The notes below the pieces were generated by a model. It saw only the letters and a list, made by a program, of their open reading frames with translations. It was not told the DNA's origin and ran no database searches. A DNA stretch of 64,000 nucleotides from the human T2T-CHM13v2.0 reference genome, Homo sapiens. The translations under genes were made by a program, and so were the position numbers. The DNA lies in the NCBI RefSeq assembly GCF_009914755.1, contig NC_060931.1. One strand, written 5' to 3'. The first letter of the stretch is position 1. Every line of letters starts with the position of its first letter. Below are positions 51,981 to 64,000 of the stretch, one piece after another.

Positions 51981-54550
51981 AGGGTGGCCATTGTTAAGCC
52001 TCCAGAACCTATACCTTTAAAATGGTTAACAGATAAGCCAATTTGGATAAAACAAAGGCCACTAAGTAAAGAAAAACTGGAAGCTTTAGAGAAATTAGTT
52101 GCAGAACAATTAGAAAATGGGCACATAGCTCCAACATTTTCTCCTTGAAATTCTCCAGTTTTTGTAATTAAGAAAAAATCAGGTAAATGGAGAATGTTAA
52201 CTGACTTAAGAGCCATCAATTCAGTTATACAACCTATGGGAGCATTACAGCCAGGATTGCCTTCTCCTGCTATGATTCCAAAAAGTTGGCCTTTAATAGC
52301 CATGGATTTGAAGGACTGTTTCCTTACTATCCCCTTGGCTGAGCAAGACTATGAATGGTTTGCATTTACTATTCCTGCAGTAAACAACCTGCAGCCTGCT
52401 AAGCGTTATCATTGGAAAGTGTTGCCACAGGGCATGTCAAACAGCCCAACAATTTGCCAGACGTATGTGGGGCAAGCAATTGAACGTACTCATAAAAAAA
52501 TTTCACAGTGTTACATTATTCACCATATGGATGATATACTTTGTGCTGCCCCCACTTGAGAAATATTACTCCAATGTTATGATCACTTGCAAAATTCGAT
52601 TTCTCATGCTGGTTTAATTATAGCTCCTGACAAAATTCAGACTACTACTCCTTACTCCCACTTGGGGACCTTAGTAAATGACACTACCATTGTGCCACAG
52701 AAAGTAACCGTACGTAGGGATCAACTAAAAACATTAAATGACTTTCGAAAATTACTAGGGGTTATTAATTGGATACGACCTGCTCTAGGCATTCCTACCT
52801 ATGCCATGAGTAATCTGTTTTCTATCCTTAGAGGAAATCCTAGTCTCACTAGCCCTCGGCAATTAAAAAAGGAGGCGGAGGCAGAGTTACAACTGATTGA
52901 GAAGCAAGTCCATAAAGCTCAGATAAATAGAATAGATCCAGAGAAGACTCTAGATTTGCTAATTTTTTCAACTCAGCATTCACCTTCTGGTGTTATTGTC
53001 CAAGAACAGGACTTAGTAGAGTGGCTTTTTCTTCCACATACTAATTCATGGACTCTAACTCCTTATTTAGATCAAATCGCTACTCTGATAGGGATTGGAA
53101 GAACTTGGATGGTTAAATTACATGGATATGATCCTGGAAAAATTATTGTCCCTCTCATGAAGGCATAAATACAGCAAGCTTTTATAAATAGTCTTACTTG
53201 GCAAACCCATTTAGCTGACTCTGGGGGTATTCTCAATAATCATTTTCCTAAAACAAAGCTGTTTCAGTTTTTGAAATTAACTAATTGGATTCTCCGTAAA
53301 ATAACTAAATTTAAACCAATTGAAGGTGCTGAGAATGTTTTTACAGATGGGTCTAGTAATGGTAAAGCTTCTTATTCTGGCTCAAAATTAAAGTTTTCCA
53401 GACATCCTGTACCTCAGCTCAAAAAGTGGAGCTTATAGCGGTAATTGAGGTATTGACTGCCTTTGATATGCCTATTAATGTGATTTCTGATTCTTCATAT
53501 GTTGTTCAGTCCACACAGTTAATTGAAAATGCTCAGTTACAATTTAATACAGATGAACAACTGATGACTTTATTTACCCAATTGCAAACAACAGTTAGAA
53601 GTAGAATGCACCCTTTTTACGTGACTCACATTAGAGCTCATACACTCTTCCAGGACCTTTGACTGAAGGAAATCAAATGGCTGATCACCCAGTTGCTACT
53701 GCAATATCTAATGGTAGACACTTTCACAATTTAACCCATGTTAATGCCTCTGGTCTCAAATGCAGATACGGCATTACCTGGAAAGAAGCTAAAGCTATTA
53801 TCCAGTGATGCCCAACTTGCCAAGTGGTACATTCCTCATCTTTTACAGAAGGAGTTAATCCTCGAAGACTAGAACCTAACTCTGGCAAATGGAGGTCACA
53901 CATGTTCCCTCATTTGGGAGACTAGCTTATGTACATGTAGTGTGGACACCTTTTCTCACTTTGGGCTACATGCCAAACAGGAGAGTCTTCTGCCTGTGTT
54001 AAACATCATCTTTTACAGTGCTTTGCGGTGATGGGCATTCCAGCTTCTATTAAAACAGATAATGCCCCAGGCTGTACTAGCCAAGCTCTAGCTACATTTT
54101 TCTCTATGTGGAATATTAAACACATTACTGGTATCCCATACAATTCTCAAGGACAAACCATAGTAGAAAGAATGAATCTCTCCCTAAAACAGCAGTTGCA
54201 AAAGCAGAAAGGGGGAGACAGAGAATATGGAACACCACAGATACAACTGAACCTAATATTATTAACTTTAAATTTTTTGAGGCTGCCCAGAGGCCAGATG
54301 TTATCAGCAGCTGAACAGCATTGACAGAAACCAGCTGCAAAGACAGAAACAGAACAACAGATTTGGTGAAGAGATCCAATAACAAAAAGTTGGGAAATAG
54401 GTAAAATAATAACTTGGGGTAGAGGTTATGCTTGTATTTCTCCAGGCCAAAATCAACAGCCGATTTGGATACCATCAAGACACCTGAAACCTTATCATGA
54501 GCCAGATGCCAAAGAAGAGACTCTGAGAGGACCCCGAGGACCCCTCAATA
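51981..54550 (+). pseudogene. pol: HML-3 pol (RT, RNase H, integrase), disrupted
   Basis: [22 protein letters not shown] (YMDD), [18 protein letters not shown]...IVERMN; multiple stops and frameshifts. Confidence 0.92.
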
Positions 54551-54556
54551 ACAGCC

Positions 54557-55637
54557 ATGTCAAGACTGACGCTGAGGAGAACCCCAACTGTCATGAGCAA
54601 CACCCGTTTAACACAGCCACCCACCTGGGGACAAATCAAGAAGCTGTCAAAGATGGTGGAAGAAAACCTGAGGAAAGTGGGACAGCCAGTCACAGTGAAT
54701 AATTTAAGGATAGCTATGATAGCAGTTATCACCACTGCCATGAGTATTCCTTCAATAAGGGCTGACATAGAGAACAATTATACTTATTAGGTATATTTAT
54801 CAAACTTGGCTCGCAATAATGCCTGGATACAATCACTTTATGACACAGTTACACATGCTTTCTGATCTCAGTATTTACCATAATAAATCTGCTCTTATAA
54901 TTGAGGCATACCACCCTCAAAAACCTATTTGTAAACAGTTAGAAAAAATGAACGTACTTGTTTAGGAAGATTGCACTGCAGAACAGGCAGAGGTGCTGCA
55001 CAACAATTCCTATGGAATCATTATTAATTGGTCCCCTAAGGGGATGTTTAGCTTGAATTGCACCCCTCAGTCTGCGTGCCACGGCCACACTATGTTCAGA
55101 TGATCTGAACAAAACGGTCAGATAGTAGAAATGATAAGAAGTACAGCAAAAGTTCCTATTATCTGGAACCATGGTGTTACAGTGGCACCTCAGCCTCAAA
55201 TGATATGGCCTGCTCTAGGAGCTAAACATAGGGATTTGTGGAAACTATTAAATGCTCTTAATAAGATCAAAATTTGGGAAAGAATAAAAAAGCATCTAGA
55301 AGGACACTCTACAAACTTGTTTTTGGATATAGCAAAATTAAAAGAACAAATATTTAAAGCATCCCAGGCACACCTGACCTTAATGCCAGGAACTGGAGTG
55401 CTTAAAGGAGCTGCAGACAGATTAGCAGCTAGTAACCCATTAAAATGGATAAAAACACTTGGAAGCTCTGTGATTTTAATGATGACTGTGCTTTTAATCT
55501 ATGTTGTTTGTCTTTTTATAGTCTGCAGATGCGGATTCCGACTCCTGCGAGAAGTAGCTCACCATGACAAAGCTGCCCTTGCTTTTATCTCTTTGCAAAT
55601 CAAAGAAGGGAGACGTGTTGGAAACAAGCCCCCCTAA
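54557..55637 (+). pseudogene. env: HML-3 env remnant with internal deletions
   Basis: PPTWGQIKKL signal-peptide motif; C-terminal LDIAKLKEQIF...NPLKWIK plus hydrophobic anchor; only ~1.1 kb long. Confidence 0.85.
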
Positions 55638-56377
55638 AATCTGGCCATAAACTGGCCCCCAAACTGGCCATAAACAAAATCTCTGCAGCACTGTAACATA
55701 TTCATAATGGCCCTAACGCCCAAGCTGGAAGGTCGTGGGTTTATGGGAATGAGGGCAAGGAACACCTGTCCCACTCAGGGTGGAAAACCGCTTAAAGGCA
55801 TTCTTAAGCCACAAACAATAGCATGAGCGATCTGTCTTAAGGGCGTGTTCCTGCTGCAGTTAACTCACACAACCTAGTCCTTTAATTCAGCCCATCCCTT
55901 CATTTCCCATAAGGGATACTTTTAGTTAATTTAATATCTATATGAACAATGCTAATGACTGGTTTGCTGTTAATAAATATGTGGGCAAATCTCTGTTCAT
56001 GGGTCTCAGCTCTGGAGGCTGTGAGACCCCTGATTTCCCACTTCACACCTCCATATTTCTGTGTGTGTGTCTTTAATTCCTCTAGTGCCACTGAGTTAGG
56101 GTCTCCCCAACCGAGCTGGTCTCAGCAAAGCTAAAGTCACAAATGGAAGATTCTGTAAGAGAGTAAAGCTCAGAAAAATAAGAACACAGGGAGGAAACAG
56201 CCCTTTCTCATAACTGTACATATTCTATAGCTTCAATAATTAAAAGTGCTGTTGACATAAATGAACATGGATGGAAATAAAGGAAAATGAGAGAAAAAAG
56301 AATAAATATAAAATTTTCATCATGATAAGGATAGTATTCCAAATCAGTGGGGGAAGTGTGTTGTGTAGTGTAAATAA

Positions 56378-56770
<393 letters not shown>

Positions 56771-57449
56771 TAGTGGAGGAAAGATAATGTTTCTCACTTC
56801 TTTTCTTACAAATTTCAACTTGGAAAAAAAAAAGAAGAGAATGAGAAACAGAAATCCAAGCTGTATGTTCAATGACACAAACTGTGTCTTCAGTTATCCC
56901 ATTTTGCAAAATAGAAGAATGTGCTGCCAGGTGCAATGAAGATCAGGCTTGAGTGTGGGAAGATCCTGAGGGTGAAGGTTCTAATGCATCTCAGACATGA
57001 GAATGGAGATGAGACATCAGGTGTCAGTGGGGGTGTCACCTGGGAGCCCCATGCCTCTTGGTAGTATTACAGTGATGAAGAGAATGTCACTGCAGATGGC
57101 ATTAGGCTGACTTCTAATCTGCACTAAGCCACCAGTCTATATTGATGAGGCTGCTGGGCCTCCAAACTTGTGACCTCTGCCAGCTGCCCCAACATGAGAA
57201 TGAAGAGGAGGGAAGGAAGCCTCTCTCCAAGGAAGATGAGAGCACCAAGAAGTGTTCTGGGAGAAACATTTGGAGGGAGTGTGAAAAGGAGAATGTGGGA
57301 AGAAAAAAGGCTACATCTCTAAAGCTAAAAGAAAATATTTTAAAATAAATGCTATAAACACATACTGTATATACTGTTAAGACATTTTATCCTAAATTTG
57401 ATAATATTAAATTCTACACTCCAATTTGGAAATTAAAACAGAATTTAAG

Positions 57450-60213
57450 TGATATGATTTGGCTCTGTGTCCCCACCCAAATCTCACCTTGAATCATAAT
57501 AATCCCATGTCAAGGGTGGGACCAGGTGGAAATAATTGAATGATGGGGGTGGTTTCCCTCATATTGTTCTCATGACAGTGAGTCACTTATCATAAGATCT
57601 GATAGTTTTATAAGGGGAGTCCCCCCTTTGCTTGACTCTCATTCTCTCTCCTGCCACCCTGTGAAGAGGTGTCTTCTGCCATGATTATAAGTTTCCTGAG
57701 GCTTCCCCAGCCATGCAGTACTTTAAGACAATTAAAACTATTTTTTAATAAATTACCCAGTCTTGAGAATTTCTTCATAGCAGCATGAGAACAGACTAAT
57801 ACAGTAAATTGGTACCAGTAGAGTGGGGTGCTGCTATAACAATACCTGAAAATGTGGAAGTGACTTTGGAACTGGGTAATAGGCAGAGGTTGGAAGAGTT
57901 TGGAGGGCTCAGAAGAAGATAGTGCCGAGACCAGCTCGGTTGGGGAGACCCTAACCCAGCGGCACTAGAGGAATTAAAGACACACACACAGAAATATAGA
58001 GATGTGAAGTGGGAAATCAGGGGTCTCACAGCCTTCAGAGCTTAGAGCCTCAAACAGAGATTTACCCATGTATTTATTAACAGTAAACCAGTCATTAGCA
58101 TTGTTTCTATAGATATTAAATTAACTAAAAGTATCTCTTATGGGAAACAAAGGGATGGGCTGAATTAAAGGACTAGGTTGGGCTAGTTAACTGCAGCAGG
58201 AGCATGTTCTTAAGGCACAGATCACTCATGCTATTGTTTGTGTCTTAAGAATGCCTTTAAGCGTTTCTCCCCGCTGGGCAGGCCAGGTATTCCTTGCCCT
58301 CATTCCCATAAGCCCACAACCTTCCAGCTTGGGCTTTAGGGCCATTATGAATATGTTACAGTGCTGCAGAGATTTTGTTTATGGCCAATTTGGGGGCCAG
58401 TTTATAGCCAGATTCTGGGGTGCCTGCTCCCACCATAGGAGGATGTGAGAAACTTTGGAACTTCATAGAGACTTGTTGAATGGCTTTGACCAAAATGCTC
58501 GTAGCGATATGGACAATGAAGTCCAGGCTGAGGTAGTCTCAAATGGAGATGAGGAACTTCTTGGGAACTGGAATAAAGGTGATCCTTGTTATGTTTTAGC
58601 AAAGAGGCTGGCAACATTTTTCCCATGCCCTAGAGATCTGTGGAACTTTGAACTTGAGAGAGATAATTTAGGGTATCTGATGGAAGAAATTTCTAAGTGG
58701 CAAAGCATTCAAGAGGAAGGAGAGCATAAAAGTTTGGACAATTTGCAGTCTGATGATGCAATAGAAAATAAAAACACATTTTCTGAGGAGAAATTCAAGT
58801 TGGTTGCTAACTAACGAGAAGCCAAATGTTAATCCCCAGGACAATGGAGAAAATGTCACCAGGGCATGTCTGAGACCTTCACAGCAGCCCCTCCCATCAC
58901 AGGCCCAGAGGCCTAGTGGGGAACAAAAAATTCGTGGGCCAGACCCAGAGCCTCCCTGTTCTTTGAAGCCTTGGGACTTGGTGCCCTGCATCACAGCTGC
59001 ATCAGCTCCAGCCATGGCTAAAAGGAGCCAAGGTACACCTCGGGTCATTGCTTTACAGGGTGTAAGCTCCAAGCCTTGGCAGCTTACACATAGTGTTGGG
59101 CTTGCCAGTGCACAGAAGTGAGGAATTGAGGTTGGGGATCCTCTGCCTAGATTTCAGAGGATGTAGAGAAACATCTGGGTGTCCAGGCAGAAGTCTGCTG
59201 CAAGAGTGGAGCCCTCATGGAGAACCTCTGCTAGGGCAGTGCAGAAGGGAAATCTGGGGTTGGAGTCCCCCACAGAGAGTCCCCACTGGGACACTGCCTA
59301 GTGGAGCTGTGAGAAGAGGGCAACCATCCTTCAGAACCCAGAATGTTAGATCCACCAACAGCTTGCACCATGCTCCTGGAAAAGCCACAGACAATTAACA
59401 CCAGCCCATGAAAGCAGCCAGGAGGGGAACTGTTCCCTGCAAAGTCACAGGGGAGAAGCTGTCCAAAACCATGGGAACCCACATCTTGCATCAGCATGAC
59501 CTGGATGTGAGACATGGAGTGAAAGGAAATAATTAGTAACGTTTAAAATTTAATGATTGCCCTATTGGATTTTGGACTTGAATGGGGCCTGTAGCCCCTT
59601 CGTTTTGACCAATTTCTCCCATTTAGAGTGGGTGTATTTTTTCAATGCCTGTACCCCAATTGTATCTAGGAAGTCACTAACTTGCTTTTGATTTTACAGG
59701 CTCATAGGCAGAAGGGACTTGCCTTGTCTTAGATAAGACTTTGGACCTGGACTTTTGGATTAGTGCTGGAATGAGTTAAGACTTTGGGGGACTGTTGGAA
59801 GGGCATAATTATGTTTTGAAATGTGAGGACATGAGATTTGGGAGGAGCCACGAGTGGAATAATATGATTTGGCTCTGTGTCCCTACCCAAATCTGGGATT
59901 TGAATTGTAAGAACCCCCACATGTCAAGGGCAGACCTAGGTAGAGATAATTGAATCATAGGAGTGGTTTCCCCCAAACTGTTCTTGTGATAGTGAGTTCT
60001 CACAAGATCTGATGGTTTTATAAGGGGTTTCCCCCCTTCACACAGCTCTTATTCTCTCTCTTGCCAACCTGTGGGGTGGTGCCTTTTGTCATGATTGTAA
60101 GTTTCCTGAGGCCTCCCCAGCCATGTAGAACTGTGAGTCAATTAAACCTCCTTTCTTTATAAATTACACAATCTCAGGTATTTATTTATGGCAGCATGAG
60201 AACAAACAATACA
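57450..60213 (+). mobile_element. Complete THE1 (THE1C/D-like) MaLR: LTRs 57450-57803 and 59860-60213, internal region interrupted by MER9
   Basis: TGATATG.TTTGGCTCTGTGTCCC...AATACA LTRs; internal region is ~1.54 kb after removing MER9; MaLR ORF remnant DEELLGNWNKGDPCYVLAKRL. Confidence 0.93.
57923..58435 (-). mobile_element. Solo MER9 LTR (HML-3)
   Basis: Reverse complement of the proviral LTRs over the full ~513 bp; only a 3-4 bp duplication ((A)TAG) is visible at the junctions. Confidence 0.95.
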
Positions 60214-60304
60214 ATAACACAGATCACTGAAGCTTAAAACTTATTAAAACATGTCCTTATAAATGTTTTATTTCTGAAACAGGGTTAACCAGACTTCCTT
60301 CTTG

Positions 60305-60634
60305 TGCTATGCTAACCAACTATTGGACTCTACTGCCAGGACTGATGTCTGTGCACTAACCCAACTGTGGGACTTGACCCCCCAGAGCTGACTTCCATGC
60401 ACTAACCCAGCTGTAGGACTCACCTTCCAGAGCTGACTTCTATGCACTAACAAAGCTGTGGGATTCACCCCCTAGAGCTGACTTGCATGCACTAACCCAA
60501 CTGTGGGGCTCACTCCCCGGAGCTGACTTTCAGGCACTAACCCAGCTGTGAGACTCACACCCTAGAGCTAACTTCTATGCACTAACCCAACTGTGGGACT
60601 AGCTCACCAGCACTACCTTCTGTGCACTAACCCT
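60305..60634. repeat. 45-bp minisatellite, ~7.3 copies
   Basis: CACTAAC starts at 60354, 60400, 60445, 60490, 60535, 60580 and 60625; unit approximately GCACTAACCCARCTGTGGGACTCACYCYCCAGAGCTGACTTCYAT. Confidence 0.95.
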
Positions 60635-61084
60635 CCTAGATGTAAATCAAAGCATTGGGGTCCACATCCCTAGCACAGGCATCCCTGAGTGTGATTCAGA
60701 TGAGTGTGAGGTGCTGCTTTCTGAATCATTTGGTACTTTAGTAGGGAAAAGAGGGAAAGTTTTCTTTGGGTACATCTTCCCAGTAAGTAACATCTCCTCT
60801 TCCACTGGGAAAATTTTCAAGATATCAGGCAACATTAATCTCACATATTTAGTATTTGCCCAGATCTGACTAGGCAGGCATGGAGTAAATGCCCTAAAAC
60901 AGGTGTAATCTGATTTCCCCAATGTACTTTTAGAAAGGCTAAAGATTTTATGAGCAATTTGGACTACCAAGGTGTAGCTTCTTAAAATATTCAGAAAACC
61001 AAAATAAACAAGGGAGTCAAATCTTCCAGATGAGGAATATGGTAATAGCTATGTGAATACAGATAGATTTTCTTTAAAGGTCTT

Positions 61085-61155
61085 AGTACTCAAGGTGTGG
61101 CCCATGGGTCAGCAACATCGCCACAGACTGGGAGCTAGTTAGAAATGCAGGATCC
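61085..61155. mobile_element. MER5A fragment
   Basis: CTCAAGGTGTGGCCCATGGGTCAGCAACATC...CTGGGAGCTAGTTAGAAATGCAG. Confidence 0.7.
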
Positions 61156-61539
61156 AAGAAGTGGTAAATGGTGCAAAATTCATGAGTATCATTGGTAGAA
61201 AGAAAATTTCTTCAAAAGTAATGGACAAATCTCTTAAGGTTAATTGGTTTCCAAAATTGGAATTCAAGATATGTGAGTTCAGTGCTCTTTCTATTTTACC
61301 AAGCTATTTTTGCAAATAATGTCAACCAATTACTAAAAAAGGAAGTCTTAAATATTTATACCTTAAAGTAGAATTGATTTTTGAAAATACCAATGGTTCC
61401 AAACTAATTTTTAATAATCTGTTTTCAAGCTCTCCTTTACTTTTAAATACTAAGATCTCTACTAATGAAAATAAGCACTTATTTGAAGTTTAAAAATTTC
61501 CTTAGTTTCACTTTTCTTTCTTTTTAAAATTAAATGTTA

Positions 61540-62180
61540 TTAAAATTCAATGTATATTCTCATTAAAAAATAGAATGCAACATTAATTTATGTATGACTA
61601 AAAAGGGAAAACTGTTAATCAAATAACAGTTTCATTATAACTCAGGATTTTTATTTTACACTTACAGAAAGACCTCTTTTAGATAAGTTTTTATCATAAA
61701 TCATTTTTGTATGTACATAAGAAGGAAAATAATATGAGCAAAATGAATGATTGATGTATTTCCAAATTTCTTTATCTTTAAATGTAAATTCTTCTGTAAT
61801 ATTTCAGATAATAGTGTTGATATCCTCATATTTCCCCACCACACAGTATGGTCCTTTGTGCCTTCAAGAGCATTGATCATGCAGCATCTCATAAAAGTGT
61901 TTCACTATCCTCTCTGGGAGCTTTTTTCAAATCACTAATATCTTTCTGCAAGTTTTGATGTTCTCACCTTCTTGATCCTAACAAACAACAACTGGGACTC
62001 ATATTCCTTCCTCAAAAGGTTCTTAAAAGTTTTGGTGATGGACACACTGCTCCTGATTTAGGTCATCAGGAAAAAGAATAAGCTCTGCACACCAATCAGA
62101 GCTTATTGGCTCTGGCATCATAGACCCGTCAAATGCAAGGTATGTCCTGACTTCAAAGATGGAAAAGTATGAAAAACTAT
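61540..62180 (-). mobile_element. Tigger/pogo-family DNA transposon remnant (Tigger13a-like)
   Basis: Minus-strand RCCMINALEGTKDHTVW resembles the pogo/Tigger transposase C-terminal KCCISNALDGTEDD motif. Confidence 0.6.
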
Positions 62181-63629
62181 ACTTATACCACTTCTTTCTC
62201 CCTTCTTTTCTCCTCTTTTCCCTTTTTCCTTCCTTTTTTCCTTTTTATAAAAACCATTCTTTCATTCTAACTTCTTTGCCCCCTCACCTTAACTCTGCAC
62301 AAAAAAACAGCTCAATGAGAATAACAAAGAAGTAATTTAAACAGGTAATAAGCATTGACTTTTAAAATTTGCTTCACATTTTGATAAAATAGTAGCTTGA
62401 AGAATTCAATAATAAAGAAAGTGCAGCAAGCCTCTCATTCCAGAATAGAGCTGCACTTGGAAGTCTTTAAAAACATGTGTAAGTTATATTATTTAGAATC
62501 CGTAGGAACTTATGAACTCATAAAAGGAGATAAAAGTGGTATTCAAATAACCATGCCTCCATATAGGAGGTACCTGGTTTTTATTTCTTCATGTTTTCAA
62601 TTGCAGGAATTAACACATAGTGGGATATATCATTTATATATATGCAGTTTGACATAATGAGAGACTAGAAGATGATAACATTTTAGCAATACAAGAAAAT
62701 AGAAAACACTTTTTTATTTTCTTGTTGCATAACCCTCAGCTCCATTTTCTTTTGACATAAAGTTCCTGTCCTGGTAAATTTTCTGCATATTCAAACAATA
62801 TCACAATACAAATAAATACAAGAAAAGTAGCTTAATGTTTGACTTAATATGCAATTTGGTTTGTTTGTGTTAAAAAGAAAGATATATTGGTATCTCAGTA
62901 ATTATAAAACCTTAGTAACTATTAGTTGGATGATCACTAAGGTAAGCTTTCTAATTTTACTTCTTAAAAATTTAACACAAAAATTAAAACTGAATTTTAG
63001 AAAATTAAAGTTCTTTACAATTGATACCATGCTTGTTTTTTCACATATTGGATAAAAGCACATAAATTACAAAGTAAATTTCAGTTGTTTCTATTTATGT
63101 GGGTATGTTTGTATGTGCCCATTTCAATGGCTGAATACTTATTAGCTTACATGGTCATGAAAGATGGCAGTGGCTTCCATATTCTGTCCTGTGATGTGAA
63201 GGTTATCTTTACATTTTTGGTGAATCTAGACTTTGGTAGTCATGTTTACTTAAATGAAGAAATTATCTGCGTACAAATAATAAAAATGATTTAATTCTTA
63301 TATATACAAAGTGTTCTCAGTTTTAAGAAAAAAAGATCATTTGGAAATAAAGTAATATCTAATCACTAAGTCCACAAAGAATGCATCTGAAAATCCAATA
63401 AAATAGTAAATATGTTGCTAACATCCATCAACACAGAAGATGTGTGCCTAACAAACTAGGTTGTTTTTTTCAGTGACACAGATGTGAACTCAAGGGGAAA
63501 AAAAAGAAATTAGAAACAAAAATTGGAGAATGGAATAATGGTAGATAACAAATTACAACTTTTTCTAGAATTATTATGTAGCCTTATACATGTCTCATAG
63601 CATATATTTGAAGTAAGTTTATGTCAGGG

Positions 63630-63870
63630 CATGAGATGACTAGGTAGTTTCAGAGCCTGGTTACTGTGCTAACATGGCAGTTCCTTAGTCTCACTCAACT
63701 CTAGTTTCTTTGTCTATAAAACAGAAATATTAGTGCCTATTCTTAAAATATTTGTGAGGTTTGTGTGAATCACAACTGCAGTAAATCAACTTACCGTAGA
63801 TTTATTGTATAAGTCAGTCTACAGTACCCGGTATGTTCAAAAGTAGCAGCACTTACGAGTAGTAGTAGTA
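63630..63870 (+). mobile_element. MIR
   Basis: CTAGTTTCTTTGTCTATAAAACAGAAATATTAGTGCCTA...TTGTGAGG core and short (AGT)n tail. Confidence 0.65.
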
Positions 63871-63937
63871 AAACTAATACTACCATTGAAATGATACTTT
63901 CACTTCAGGAAATGTATAAGGGATGACTGTTATGAGT

Positions 63938-64000
63938 TGTTGGGGCTCAAAACATGATACCCCAAAATACAGCACTTTGACATGCTTAACTAAAAGAAGC
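63938..64000 (+). mobile_element. Start of an ERV1-class LTR (MER34/MER39-like), runs off the window
   Basis: TGTTGGGGCTCAAAACATGATACCCCAAAATA..GCACTTTGACATGCT. Confidence 0.6.

Larger units (their letters stand above)
49784..56127 (+). mobile_element. HERV-K(HML-3)/HERVK9 provirus with MER9 LTRs, internally deleted and defective
   Basis: 5' LTR 49784-50298, PBS from 50301 (TGGCGTCC...), gag ATG 50453, PPT 55602-55613, 3' LTR 55616-56127, TSD AAGCT (49779-49783 / 56128-56132). LTRs differ by roughly 10% by eye. Confidence 0.95.

Noticed and set aside
60305-60634. Regularly spaced conserved core resembling a CRISPR array, or a 15-codon coding repeat
   Set aside because: The intervening sequences are homologous to each other rather than unique spacers, the context is primate DNA without cas genes, and no ORF spanning the array appears in the ORF track.
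60647-60970. Minus-strand 107-aa ORF next to the minisatellite
   Set aside because: Non-ATG start, no recognisable domain and no splice context.

Overview
AT-rich primate (very likely human) genomic DNA, about two-thirds transposon-derived, with no intact protein-coding gene. Main elements: a 5'-truncated L1PA (-), a near full-length L1MA (+) carrying nested MER30, Alu and an inverted L1 filler, a processed SLC25A5 (ANT2) pseudogene, several old L1M/L2/MIR/MaLR fragments, an old SVA, an internally deleted HERV-K(HML-3)/MER9 provirus, a THE1 MaLR interrupted by an inverted solo MER9 LTR, and a 45-bp minisatellite. The most interesting signal is not in the ORF track. The unique sequence at 70-3641, with weaker continuations at 9.3-9.6 kb and 18.6-20.3 kb, reads as GT-AG-bounded, largely phase-compatible exons. 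Their conceptual translation matches the cysteine spacing and several motifs of the IZUMO1/SPACA6/TMEM95 sperm-egg fusion family, closest to TMEM95, with stops and Cys codons one mutation away from the expected residues. This is a candidate decayed (unitary) pseudogene of an IZUMO-family paralogue that I do not recognise. All family and subfamily comparisons were made by eye against sequences recalled from memory and need computational confirmation.
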